From Candidatus Moraniibacteriota bacterium (lineage in GTDB: Bacteria; Patescibacteriota; Minisyncoccia; Moranbacterales; UBA1568): 64,000 nt of DNA. The position numbers and the translations under genes were made by a program. The notes below the pieces were generated by a model. That model did not search any database. It had not been told where the DNA came from and was given only the letters and a program-made list of their open reading frames with translations. Positions 9,797-19,079 of the stretch are shown piece by piece. Where the stretch lies: NCBI GenBank assembly GCA_052034975.1, contig JBPOIA010000010.1, positions 12,957 to 76,956 on the forward strand, read 5' to 3'. The number at the start of each line of letters is the position of its first letter. Positions within the stretch are counted from its first letter, which is position 1.

Positions 9797-9994
9797 ATGG
9801 ATGAGATGTTGCTGAAAAAGCTGAGTGAGCAGGAGAAGAAGATCGATGCGATCTATGTGTCGGTAGAGAAAACACGCAAGTATTTTCTTTTTACACTCAT
9901 CCTTTCGGTCGTGCTTTTCGTGCTACCGTTCTTTGGTCTCCTGTTTGCTGTACCGTTTCTTCTGAGTACGTTTTCTGGGCTCATCGGGATTTGA
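9797..9994 (+). CDS. Small membrane protein
   Basis: 65 aa; charged N-terminus then a long hydrophobic stretch; GGAGG upstream. Confidence 0.75.
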   Translation: MDEMLLKKLSEQEKKIDAIYVSVEKTRKYFLFTLILSVVLFVLPFFGLLFAVPFLLSTFSGLIGI

Positions 9995-10051
9995 CAGGAA
10001 TGGTATAATGGAAGTGTGAGAGAGTCAGAAATAATCAGTAACGGCAAAAGT

Positions 10052-10402
10052 ATGAATATACGGTTTTTGTCGAAGGGGTTGGAAGCGGATGAGCGAACGA
10101 AAGAATATATCGTGAAGCGGTTGTCTCGAGTAGCAAAACTCGTGGATGAGGTGAGCGAATTCGAGATCGAGATCGATCGCGATAAGAAAGGGAAATTTCG
10201 GGCTGAGATAATGGTGAAGACGCCGCACAACCTGTACCGTGCAGAGGAGACATCGGAAAGTATCGAGGGGTCGACGGATATGGTGATCGACAAATTGGAA
10301 AACGAGATCAGCAAGAAAAAGACCAAGAATCGCGATTTGAAGCTTCGCGGCAAGCGTTCCATCAAGAAGCGTTTGACGGTTGACAAATCAGCGAGGTTCT
10401 AA
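10052..10402 (+). CDS. raiA: Ribosome hibernation factor HPF/RaiA
   Basis: S30AE-type sequence (YIVKRLSRV..., AEETSESIEGSTDMVIDKLE); directly upstream of secA; TTGACA..TATAAT promoter at 9991-10009 region. Confidence 0.85.
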   Translation: MNIRFLSKGLEADERTKEYIVKRLSRVAKLVDEVSEFEIEIDRDKKGKFRAEIMVKTPHNLYRAEETSESIEGSTDMVIDKLENEISKKKTKNRDLKLRGKRSIKKRLTVDKSARF

Positions 10403-10414
10403 GGGATATTTCAG

Positions 10415-10445
10415 AAGCCGACCTTTGACGGTCGGCTTTTTGTTT
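10415..10445 (+). terminator. Intrinsic terminator after raiA
   Basis: AAGCCGACC/GGTCGGCTT stem plus T-run. Confidence 0.75.
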
Positions 10446-10521
10446 GGTAAAATTGTCTTGTTCAAGCCAAGTTTTTCTGTCTTTCGGTAAGCGGTGATTT
10501 TTGAGATTTGACCTTCATTTT

Positions 10522-13170
10522 ATGGGATTTTTGGAAAAACTTTTCGGATCGAACGAGCGTGTAGTATCTCGTTTGCGTCCGATCGCGGAGAAGATCAATA
10601 CGTTCGAAGTGTCTGTCCAAGCGCTTTCCGATGACGGTCTGAAAGGAAAGACAATAGAGTTCAGACAGCGTATCGCGGATGGGGTGACACTCGATGATAT
10701 CTTGCCGGAAGCCTATGCGGTGGTGCGCGAAGCGGCGCGACGAGTGATCGGTGAGCGACACTACGATGTGCAGATGCTCGGAGGCATCGCGCTTCATCAG
10801 GGTACTATTGCCGAGATGAAGACGGGTGAAGGAAAAACGCTCACGTCGACGCTTCCGATATACTTAAACGCATTGTCCGGCAAGGGCGTGCACGTGGTGA
10901 CGGTGAACGATTATCTCGCAAGGCGCGATTGCAACTGGATGGGACGCGTGTACGATATGCTCGGACTTTCGGCAGCCTGCATCGTAGGGCAGGGTGTCTC
11001 GTATCGTTTTACGCCGGTGGTCGCGGATACGGACGAAGTGAGTATCGAGGGAGAAAATCTTGTCTTGGTGACGCGACGTGAAGCGTATGCGGCCGACATC
11101 ACCTACGGTACCAACAACGAGTTCGGCTTCGATTATCTGCGTGACAATATGGTGCCGGAGCTCGGTGAAATGACACAACGAGAGCTCAATTTCGCCATCG
11201 TCGACGAAGTGGACTCCATTCTGATCGACGAAGCGCGCACCCCGCTTATCATTTCCGCTCCGGACAGTGAATCGACCAAACTTTACGAGAAATTCGCACG
11301 GATCGTTCCGCATCTCGCTGCTGAGAAAGATTACATCGTCGACGAGAAGATGAAAGTTGTGACATTGACCGATGACGGTATCACACACGTGGAGCGTTTG
11401 CTCGGGATGGGGAACATCTACGCGTCCGGCAATGTGCAGTACGTGCACCATCTGGAACAGTCGCTCAAAGCGCAGATTATTTTTCGGCGGGATCGCGATT
11501 ATGTCGTGAAGGACGGACAAGTGATCATCGTGGATGATTTTACCGGTCGGCTTCAGCCTGGGCGGCGGTATAGCGAGGGACTGCATCAGGCGATCGAGGC
11601 CAAAGAAGCCGTGACCGTGCAGCGTGAATCGCGGACACTGGCCACAATCACCTTTCAGAATTATTTCCGTCTCTACAAAAAACTTTCTGGTATGACCGGC
11701 ACCGCCACGACATCGGCGGAAGAATTGGCCAAGGTCTACAAACTCGATGTAGTGGAGATCCCGACCAACAAAACAATGATACGGCGCGATCTTCCCGATA
11801 TCGTGTACAAAACGGAAGAGGCGAAGTTCCGCGCTATTACCGCACGGGTGAAGGAAGTGAATGCAACCGGTCAGCCGATACTCATCGGTACGGTGGCGAT
11901 CGAGAAATCCGAATACCTGCACGAACTTCTCTCACGCGAAGGCATCGTCCACGAAGTCTTGAACGCCAAGAATCACGAGAAAGAAGCGGCGATCATTGCC
12001 AAGGCCGGACAGAGAGGTGCGGTGACGATTGCGACCAATATGGCCGGTCGCGGTACGGATATTAAATTAGGAGACGGCGTGCGCGAGCTGGGCGGGCTGA
12101 TGATCATCGGTACCGAACGGCACGAGGCGCGACGCATCGACAATCAGTTGCGTGGCCGTGCGGGACGTCAGGGCGATCCGGGCGTGTCGCAGTTCTATGT
12201 GTCGCTCGAAGACGAGCTGATGCGACGGTTCGGCGGAGACAAGATGAAGAGTATGATGACGACTTTGGGTCTTCCTGAAGACGAACCGATCCAAAACGCG
12301 CTTATTTCGAAGACGATTGAGAGCGCACAGTCGAAGATCGAAGGATTTAACTTTGACATTCGCAAGCACGTGCTTGAATACGACGACGTGATGAATAAGC
12401 AGCGCGAAGTGGTGTATCGCAAGCGGCGAATGGTGCTCGAACTCACGGATTTCCGCGATGAGACGCTCCGGCTTCTGACGGAAGAGCTTGATCATATCAT
12501 CGCGTTCCATACGGCGGCCGAAGAAACGGAGTGGAATGCAGGGGCCATCGCCGCGGAAGCAAACGCGATGTATCCGTCGCTTGACGAGAGCGGGGCCGCG
12601 AAACGCCTCGAAACGATCCGCGACGATCGTTCCAAGGACGATATCGAGAAACGCGGACTGATGCTCGAATACCTGATCGGCGAGGCGAAGAGGGTATACA
12701 GCGAGAAAGAGTCGGCATTCAGCAAGGAGACGTGGAGCCCGCTCCAAAAAGCGCTCTATTTGCGTTCGCTCGACCAGTTGTGGATGAATCATCTCGACGA
12801 AATCGATTATCTGCGGCAAGGCATCGGGCTTCGGGGTTACGGTCAGCGCGATCCGCTCATCGAGTACAAGCGCGAAGCGTACAATTTGTTTTTGAGTCTA
12901 ATGGACACGGTACGGAAGACCTATCTGATGACGATTCTCAAAATCAGTCCGGCGGCGGCGACTGCACAGCAAGAACAACCGCGTGAGATGGAATACCAGG
13001 GCGCAGACGAAAACATCCGCCAGTTTTCAGGCAGTCAGGAATTGATGACCAGCAAAGGATCGGGTGAGAGCGCTCCGCAGAAGCCGCTTGTCAATCAAAA
13101 CATCATCGGCCGCAACGACCCGTGCCATTGCGGTAGTGGCAAGAAATATAAGAAGTGTCATGGTGCTTGA
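10522..13170 (+). CDS. secA: Preprotein translocase ATPase SecA
   Basis: EMKTGEGKT, VDEVDSILIDEARTPLIIS, ATNMAGRGTDI, C-terminal SEC-C GRNDPCHCGSGKKYKKCHG. Confidence 0.99.
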   Translation: MGFLEKLFGSNERVVSRLRPIAEKINTFEVSVQALSDDGLKGKTIEFRQRIADGVTLDDILPEAYAVVREAARRVIGERHYDVQMLGGIALHQGTIAEMKTGEGKTLTSTLPIYLNALSGKGVHVVTVNDYLARRDCNWMGRVYDMLGLSAACIVGQGVSYRFTPVVADTDEVSIEGENLVLVTRREAYAADITYGTNNEFGFDYLRDNMVPELGEMTQRELNFAIVDEVDSILIDEARTPLIISAPDSESTKLYEKFARIVPHLAAEKDYIVDEKMKVVTLTDDGITHVERLLGMGNIYASGNVQYVHHLEQSLKAQIIFRRDRDYVVKDGQVIIVDDFTGRLQPGRRYSEGLHQAIEAKEAVTVQRESRTLATITFQNYFRLYKKLSGMTGTATTSAEELAKVYKLDVVEIPTNKTMIRRDLPDIVYKTEEAKFRAITARVKEVNATGQPILIGTVAIEKSEYLHELLSREGIVHEVLNAKNHEKEAAIIAKAGQRGAVTIATNMAGRGTDIKLGDGVRELGGLMIIGTERHEARRIDNQLRGRAGRQGDPGVSQFYVSLEDELMRRFGGDKMKSMMTTLGLPEDEPIQNALISKTIESAQSKIEGFNFDIRKHVLEYDDVMNKQREVVYRKRRMVLELTDFRDETLRLLTEELDHIIAFHTAAEETEWNAGAIAAEANAMYPSLDESGAAKRLETIRDDRSKDDIEKRGLMLEYLIGEAKRVYSEKESAFSKETWSPLQKALYLRSLDQLWMNHLDEIDYLRQGIGLRGYGQRDPLIEYKREAYNLFLSLMDTVRKTYLMTILKISPAAATAQQEQPREMEYQGADENIRQFSGSQELMTSKGSGESAPQKPLVNQNIIGRNDPCHCGSGKKYKKCHGA

Positions 13171-13825
13171 GAAAAATCATCAGGATATCGTTGATGTGAC
13201 AACAGCGTTTGTGGAAAAAACGCTTGTGAAAGCCGAGGGGGCGCATGATGTTTGGCATATCCGGCGCGTCCACACGATGGCCAAGCGCATCGCGGCCGAA
13301 GAGGGCGCGGACAAACTCGTCGTCGAGTTGGGCGCGCTTCTTCATGATATCGCCGATGCGAAGTTTCATAATGGCGACGAGGAAATCGGACCGCGGAAGG
13401 CACGGGAATTTTTGGAAAGTATCGGTGTTGAAAAATTGGTCGTCGAGCACGTCGAGAACATCATCCGGAATATCTCGTTCCGGAAAAGTCTCGAAGGCCA
13501 AGAGTTCCATTCGCTTGAGCTTGATGTCGTGCAGGACGCGGACCGTCTCGATGCGCTCGGCGCTATCGGCATCGCGCGGACATTCGCCTATAATGGTGCC
13601 AAGGGTCGGCAACTCTACGATCCGGCTATCAAACCGAATCTCCATATGACGAAAGAAGAGTATAAGGCAAGCACCGCTCCGACCATCAATCATTTCTACG
13701 AGAAACTTTTGCTTTTGAAGGATCGGATGAATACGAAGACCGGCAAAGCGCTTGCTACGAAACGCCACGCGTTTATGGAACAATATCTCGAAGAGTTCTA
13801 TGATGAATGGGAAGGAAAAGCATAG
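13160..13825 (+). CDS. HD-domain phosphohydrolase (YedJ-like)
   Basis: AHDVWHIRRV, ALLHDIAD, VQDADRLDALGAIGIAR, NHFYEKLL. Confidence 0.9.
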   Translation: MVLEKNHQDIVDVTTAFVEKTLVKAEGAHDVWHIRRVHTMAKRIAAEEGADKLVVELGALLHDIADAKFHNGDEEIGPRKAREFLESIGVEKLVVEHVENIIRNISFRKSLEGQEFHSLELDVVQDADRLDALGAIGIARTFAYNGAKGRQLYDPAIKPNLHMTKEEYKASTAPTINHFYEKLLLLKDRMNTKTGKALATKRHAFMEQYLEEFYDEWEGKA

Positions 13826-13827
13826 AT

Positions 13828-14415
13828 ATGAAACTCGATAGCGTACTGAAATTCGCGGAGATGCTTGATGCGTTCCGGCGTGTGGAACGGATGATGTATG
13901 TTCCTGGGACGGACCGGTTGGAGAATGACAGCGAGCATTCTTTCAATCTCGCGATGTTTGCGTGGTTCATCATGGATTCGGAGAAGTTTGATCTCGACTC
14001 GGATCTTGTTATCCGGTACGCGCTGGTGCATGATTTGGCAGAAGTATATGCTGGTGACACGTATATCTATTCTGACGATAAAGAACATCTCGACAGTAAG
14101 AAGGTGCGCGAGCATGAGGCGCTCGAACGTTTGAAAAAAGAATTTCCTCTGAACAAGGAGATGTTTTCGCTTGTAGATCAGTATGAGAAACGTGAAGACC
14201 GAGAGAGCCGGTTCGTGTACGCGCTCGACAAGATCCAGCCGGTCATCCATCTCTACCTTGACCATGGTCGGATGTGGAAGGAGAAAGGCGTCACGCTTCG
14301 GATGCTCATCGAGCACAAGGATAGTAAAGTGTCTCTCTCACCGGAAGTAGCACCGTATTGGAACGAGCTGAAAGAACTTCTGCAAGAAAATGAGGAGAGA
14401 ATTTTCGGTATGTAG
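13828..14415 (+). CDS. HD-domain 5'-deoxynucleotidase-like (HDDC2/YfbR-type)
   Basis: ENDSEHSF, ALVHDLAEVYAGD, ESRFVYALDKIQP. Confidence 0.85.
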   Translation: MKLDSVLKFAEMLDAFRRVERMMYVPGTDRLENDSEHSFNLAMFAWFIMDSEKFDLDSDLVIRYALVHDLAEVYAGDTYIYSDDKEHLDSKKVREHEALERLKKEFPLNKEMFSLVDQYEKREDRESRFVYALDKIQPVIHLYLDHGRMWKEKGVTLRMLIEHKDSKVSLSPEVAPYWNELKELLQENEERIFGM

Positions 14416-14486
14416 CCGATCGTGTGATTGACGGAGATCTCGAAAAAATTATCTAATGGTATACTGGATGATTTTAAAATAATCCT

Positions 14487-14789
14487 ATGAAATACGACAA
14501 ACTGGTGCGAGATAAGATCATCGAGATTATCGAGGGGAAAGGCGAACAGGCGAAGTGGCACACTGCGACGGACGAGGAATATCGCGAGAAATTGAAAGAG
14601 AAGTTGCTCGAAGAAGTGAAGGAGTTTAACGAGACAGAAAGCGCCGAAGAGATGGCTGATGTATTCGAAGTGATTACGGCGTGGCTTGCGCTCAAAGGCT
14701 GGACGATCGAGGATATCGTGAAGATCCAAGAGGAGAAGCGCGCCAAGCGCGGTGGATTCGAGAAGAAGATCATTCTTGAAGAATCATAA
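14487..14789 (+). CDS. All-alpha NTP pyrophosphohydrolase (MazG-like house-cleaning family)
   Basis: [35 protein letters not shown]. Confidence 0.88.
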   Translation: MKYDKLVRDKIIEIIEGKGEQAKWHTATDEEYREKLKEKLLEEVKEFNETESAEEMADVFEVITAWLALKGWTIEDIVKIQEEKRAKRGGFEKKIILEES

Positions 14790-14795
14790 AATGAT

Positions 14796-15269
14796 ATGAA
14801 AAAACTTCTGACGTTGTGTCTCGCAATGAAGGAGGGAAAGGTGCTTCTCGGGATGAAGAAGCGCGGGTTTGGCGCGGGGCGGTGGAACGGTTTTGGCGGC
14901 AAGGTGGAACCAAATGAGACAATCGAGGAAGCGGCCAAGCGCGAAACGCAAGAGGAATGCGGAGTGACGATTGAATCAATGGAAAAAGTCGGCATCCACG
15001 AGTTCGAGTTTGATGCGAAGCGTGGCGAGATTCTCGAAGTTCACGTCTTCCGTATTGACGGATTTTCCGGCGATCCGCAAGAGACGGAGGAGATGAAACC
15101 GCAATGGTTCACGTTTGCCGATATCCCGTACGATACGATGTGGTCGGACGACCGCTTTTGGCTGCCACTTTTTCTTGCTGGTAAAAAATTCCGTACGAAA
15201 TTTCTCTTTGGTGAGGGGGATGCGGTGCTGGAGAAATCAGTACTCGAATTGGAGGATATTGAACGTTGA
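14796..15269 (+). CDS. Nudix 8-oxo-dGTP diphosphatase (MTH1-like)
   Basis: KKRGFGAGRWNGFGGKVEPNETIEEAAKRETQEECG Nudix box; ETEEMKPQWF, MWSDDRFWLP. Confidence 0.92.
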   Translation: MKKLLTLCLAMKEGKVLLGMKKRGFGAGRWNGFGGKVEPNETIEEAAKRETQEECGVTIESMEKVGIHEFEFDAKRGEILEVHVFRIDGFSGDPQETEEMKPQWFTFADIPYDTMWSDDRFWLPLFLAGKKFRTKFLFGEGDAVLEKSVLELEDIER

Positions 15270-15316
15270 TTGACTTTTCCCTTTGGCATGCTAAAATTCT
15301 TGTGTTTTGCATTTTC

Positions 15317-15390
15317 GGGCCTGTAGTTAAGTGGTACAACGCTGCATTCGCATTGCAGAGGCGCGAGTTCGATTCTCGCCAGGTCCACCA
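15317..15390 (+). tRNA. tRNA-Ala (anticodon CGC)
   Basis: GGGCCTG/CAGGTCC acceptor with G3:U70; CTGCA-TTCGCAT-TGCAG anticodon arm; GTTCGATTC T-loop; encoded CCA. Confidence 0.95.
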
Positions 15391-15480
15391 TTTCAGATTT
15401 GCGCGAGTTTTCCTTCGAAAACGGACGGGGGTTCTCGTCTAAATCTGCAAACATTCTTTCGTTAAAAAAGAGGATATCAT

Positions 15481-15779
15481 ATGCCAAACATCTCTGCTTG
15501 GTTCATACGGGGCGTTACTGGATCTGAGGGGCTGCCACAGCCGCTATTGCCGACCATTGCTTTTTTTGGGCGGTCGAATGTGGGAAAATCGAGCGTGATC
15601 AATTCACTGACGGGCCAGCAGAGTTTGGCGCGAACGAGTTCGACAAGGGGCGACGAAACGACATCATAAAGAATTTGGAGCGTCTCAAGCGGGAATTTAC
15701 CAATTGTCCGATTGTTTGGTATTCGGCCAAGACAGGTGAGGGGCGCGAAGCGCTCTTGGAGCTCTTGTTCGGAAAATAG
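15481..15779 (+). pseudogene. engB: Internally deleted, frameshifted EngB/YihA GTPase paralogue
   Basis: N-part with GRSNVGKSS fused out of frame at ~15640 to C-part [11 protein letters not shown]...YSAKTGEGREALLELLFGK*; middle missing relative to 47442-48017. Confidence 0.85.
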
Positions 15780-15825
15780 CTGCCGGGTTGCGGAAAGTGT
15801 GTTATACTGTACACAAGCAAATCGT

Positions 15826-16380
15826 ATGGAACCGAGCGAAACGAAAGAAGAATTGGAAAAAATGATCGGCGGAGGGATTTCCGAAGACGAGAAATTCAAG
15901 ATTCTCGCCGAGGCCTCGCCGGATTGTATCAAGTTGTTCGGGATGGACAACAAGATCGTGTTTATGAACCAGGGAGGGCTTCTTGAACACAGGTTCAAAC
16001 GCCTCGAAGACGCTATCGGATTTGACTGGGTGGAAACGATCGTGCCGGAACAGCGTGAAGCCGTGAAACAGAAAATAGAAGAGAGTATCCGGGAAAAGAA
16101 AGCGATTCTTATCGATGTGAAGCATCTGCCGGAATACGCGAGCCGCGAATGGTGTTCGCTCATCGTCAATCCGGTGTTCGATGCCGCGGGAAACGTGAAG
16201 TACTTCGTGGGCATTTCCCGCGATATTACTGATCGAAAGCGTTCCGAGGAAGATTTGCAGAAATATGCCAAGATGCAGGATCGTTTGAATCGCGCAATGA
16301 TCGATCGCGAACTCAAAATGATCGAACTGAAAAAGGAAAACGAGCGTTTGAAACGGGCGATCGAGAAGTCCGAAGGGTAG
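15826..16380 (+). CDS. Stand-alone PAS/PAC sensor with C-terminal coiled coil
   Basis: AEASPDCIKLFGMDNKIVFMN...PVFDAAGNVKYFVGISRDITDRK PAS/PAC signature; RELKMIELKKE tail; no output domain. Confidence 0.85.
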   Translation: MEPSETKEELEKMIGGGISEDEKFKILAEASPDCIKLFGMDNKIVFMNQGGLLEHRFKRLEDAIGFDWVETIVPEQREAVKQKIEESIREKKAILIDVKHLPEYASREWCSLIVNPVFDAAGNVKYFVGISRDITDRKRSEEDLQKYAKMQDRLNRAMIDRELKMIELKKENERLKRAIEKSEG

Positions 16381-16505
16381 TCGCGAGGAGGCGTTTCCAG
16401 AAAGAAACCACTTTTCCCGGAAGGGAATTTTTTGTTTAGACGCCGGCTTGCCAAAGAGGCCAGCGTACGCTACACTGTGGGGGTAATTCGATGTGTTTCG
16501 CCGGT

Positions 16506-16946
16506 ATGAAAGTCATCCTGTTAGAGGACGTGAATGGGCTCGGAAAAGCCGGAGCCGTCAAGGAAGTGAAGAATGGATATGGGCTCAATTATCTTCTGCC
16601 GGAAGGATTGGCGGATTTTGCGACGCCGCAGCTTATCAAGCAGGCTGAAGCGTTTATTACAAAGCGTGCCAAGGAGGCGGAATCGATGGTTGCTGTGCAG
16701 AAGGAAACGGCGGGCGCAGTGTCCGGTCGGAAAGTAGTCATCCGGGCCAAAACTGAAAACGGAAAATTGTTTGGTTCGATCGGTCGGGAAGAGGTTGCTG
16801 AAGCGCTCAAAGCGGCCGGCGTGTCCGTTGATGCCGAGGTGCTTAGTATCCGAAAGCCGTTCAAGGAAACAGGAGTGTTTCCAGTGGAGGCGGATTTTGG
16901 CCATGGCGTAAAGGCCGCGTTCGAGGTATCCATTGAAGCGGAATAA
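16506..16946 (+). CDS. rplI: 50S ribosomal protein L9
   Basis: MKVILLEDVNGLGKAGAVKEVKNGYGLNYLLP, GKLFGSI. Confidence 0.96.
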   Translation: MKVILLEDVNGLGKAGAVKEVKNGYGLNYLLPEGLADFATPQLIKQAEAFITKRAKEAESMVAVQKETAGAVSGRKVVIRAKTENGKLFGSIGREEVAEALKAAGVSVDAEVLSIRKPFKETGVFPVEADFGHGVKAAFEVSIEAE

Positions 16947-16970
16947 TCGCTCGGAAGACAGTCATTTCAC

Positions 16971-17013
16971 AAAGAGCCGCTCTTTCCTTCTCTTCGGAAC
17001 AGCGGCTCTTTCT
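16971..17013 (+). terminator. Hairpin/terminator after rplI
   Basis: AAAGAGCCGCT/AGCGGCTCTTT 11-bp stem. Confidence 0.55.
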
Positions 17014-17030
17014 CTATAAAAACATCGTGT

Positions 17031-18674
17031 ATGGCAAAACAGAAACGGACGAAATATATCTTCGTGGTCGGCGGCGTGATGAGCGGTGTTGGCAAGGGTG
17101 TTACTGTCTCATCGATTGGTAAGATTCTCCAATCGCGCGGTTTCAACGTGACGGCGTTCAAGATCGATCCGTACATCAATGTCGATGCCGGTACGATGAA
17201 TCCGACGGAGCATGGCGAAGTGTTCGTGCTGAAAGACGGCTACGAAACGGATCAGGATATGGGAAATTATGAGCGATTCCTCAATATTGAGCTCGATCGT
17301 GGCAATTATATGACGACCGGACTCGTCTACAAGTCGGTTATCGAAAAGGAACGCAACCTGGAATATCAGGGGAAATGCGTTCAGGTGGTGCCGCACATCC
17401 CGCTCGAAGTGATCGCGCGCATCAAGAAATCCGTCAAGAAAAGTGATGCCGACATAGCCATCATCGAAATTGGTGGCACGGTGGGAGAATACGAAAACAT
17501 CCTGTTCTTGGAAGCGATCCGGCTTTTGAAGAGTGAACATCCCGACGACGTCATCACGGTCATCGTGAGCTATGTCCCGACGCCGTCCAAGGTGGGCGAG
17601 ATGAAGACGAAGCCGACACAGCACGCTGTTCGGACATTGAATGGCGCCGGTATCCTGCCGGACATCATTGTGGCCCGGGCTGATCGGCCGCTCGACGAGA
17701 AGCGCAAAGAAAAAGTGGCGGTGTTCTGCAACGTGCGCAAGGAAGATGTGATCAGCGCGCCAGATGTCGAAAGCATTTATGATGTACCGCTTAATTTCGA
17801 GCGTGACCGATTGAGCGATAATCTTCTCAGGAAACTCGGACTGAAACCGCGTCGCCGTGATATGCGCGAATGGGAAAATCGGGTGGAACGTACTAAAAGA
17901 GCGAAGAACCCCGTACGTATCGGCATTGTCGGAAAATATTTCAAGACTGGCGATTTTGTGCTTTCGGACGCATATATCAGCGTCATCGAGGCCATCAAGC
18001 ACGCCGCGTGCGATATCGGTCGAAAGCCGATCCTCGATTGGATCGATAGCACCGATTTCGAGGAGAATCCCAAAAAACTCGCTGAACTTAAGGCCTATGA
18101 CGGTATCCTTATTCCGGGTGGGTTCGGGAGCCGCGGCATCGAGGGGAAAATCGCCGTGATTCGCTATTGCCGTGAGCAGAAAATTCCGTATTTCGGGTTG
18201 TGTTATGGGATGCAGCTTATGGTTATCGAGTATGCACGGCATACCCTCGGTTTACGAGACGCGCACACGACCGAAGTGGCCAAGGGGACAAAACATCCGA
18301 TCGTGGATATTATGCCGGAACAGAAGGAGAATCTGCTCAAGAAAAATTACGGCGCCACGATGCGACTCGGACATTATGAAGCGCAGTTGCGACCGGGAAC
18401 GATCGCACGCGCGGCGTATGGTGCGGACAGCGTTTTGGAGCGTCATCGTCATCGTTACGAGGTCAATCCAAAGTACGTAGAGGATCTGCAAAAAGCAGGG
18501 CTTGTCTTTTCTGCCGTTTCGCCCGACGGCGTGCTGATGGAGATTGCCGAACTGCCAAAGAAGAAGCACCCGTTCTTTCTCGCGACGCAATTTCATCCGG
18601 AATTTCAGTCTTCATTGTTGCGTCCACACCCACTCTTCGTCGCGTTCCTTCGCGCCTGCACAAGGAAGAAATAA
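17031..18674 (+). CDS. pyrG: CTP synthase
   Basis: GGVMSGVGKG, DPYINVDAGTMNPTEHGEVFV, GLCYGMQ, ERHRHRYEVN, QFHPEF. Confidence 0.99.
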   Translation: MAKQKRTKYIFVVGGVMSGVGKGVTVSSIGKILQSRGFNVTAFKIDPYINVDAGTMNPTEHGEVFVLKDGYETDQDMGNYERFLNIELDRGNYMTTGLVYKSVIEKERNLEYQGKCVQVVPHIPLEVIARIKKSVKKSDADIAIIEIGGTVGEYENILFLEAIRLLKSEHPDDVITVIVSYVPTPSKVGEMKTKPTQHAVRTLNGAGILPDIIVARADRPLDEKRKEKVAVFCNVRKEDVISAPDVESIYDVPLNFERDRLSDNLLRKLGLKPRRRDMREWENRVERTKRAKNPVRIGIVGKYFKTGDFVLSDAYISVIEAIKHAACDIGRKPILDWIDSTDFEENPKKLAELKAYDGILIPGGFGSRGIEGKIAVIRYCREQKIPYFGLCYGMQLMVIEYARHTLGLRDAHTTEVAKGTKHPIVDIMPEQKENLLKKNYGATMRLGHYEAQLRPGTIARAAYGADSVLERHRHRYEVNPKYVEDLQKAGLVFSAVSPDGVLMEIAELPKKKHPFFLATQFHPEFQSSLLRPHPLFVAFLRACTRKK

Positions 18675-18688
18675 GGCTGGGTGGACTC

Positions 18689-18717
18689 TTTACAGAACCG
18701 GTTTTCCGTGCCAGTAT
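18689..18717 (+). promoter_or_regulatory. Putative sigma70 promoter for the ncRNA-RT unit
   Basis: TTTACA (18689-94), 17 nt, TG-C-CAGTAT (extended -10, 18709-17); predicted start ~18724, just before the closing stem. Confidence 0.4.
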
Positions 18718-18734
18718 CTTTGTGGATCAGGGAT

Positions 18735-19025
18735 TGCCAAGGAGGGTAGTACCCGGAGCTTCAGATCCTTTTTCAGTACGTGTAGTATCATCGTCGTACC
18801 GTAGCATATGTCCGTTATGGCACATATGGCCGCGAGGCTGTATGGTAGCGGATCGGGAGGGGCATCCTTCCTCTAGTGGCGGCTTCTGCGCCATCCGGGA
18901 TTTGGGTCCGCTTGGCGGTTCCCATAGGCTCGTCGGTGCGGGCACGCAGAATTGGTGTCCAGGGTCGAGGCCACCCCGGTTCGTTCGACTGTTGTTTCAC
19001 CCCGAAGTTTCGGGACTCCTTGGCA
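18735..19025 (+). ncRNA. Candidate retron-like (msr/msd-type) structured RNA upstream of the RT
   Basis: Ends pair: TGCCAAGGAG(18735-44)/CTCCTTGGCA(19016-25), extended by CCCGGAGCTTC(18752-62)/GAAGTTTCGGG(19004-14) with two G-U pairs; several internal hairpins; adjacent to a retron-clade RT. Confidence 0.7.
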
Positions 19026-19079
19026 GGTTGAACGGAACATCGTTCTTTCACAAATGATTCATTTTTCGGGAGAGTGGAT

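Noticed and set aside
18991-19000. GTTGTTTCAC shared between the RT ncRNA and the leader at 56743
   Set aside because: A 10-nt match can arise by chance in 64 kb; it does not extend on either side.
18722-19057. 111-aa + strand ORF (and 72/78-aa minus ORFs) over the RT upstream region as the missing effector
   Set aside because: Non-ATG starts without SD, low-complexity G/R/P/S composition and no motifs; extensive base-pairing explains the region better. Not fully excluded without ribosome profiling.
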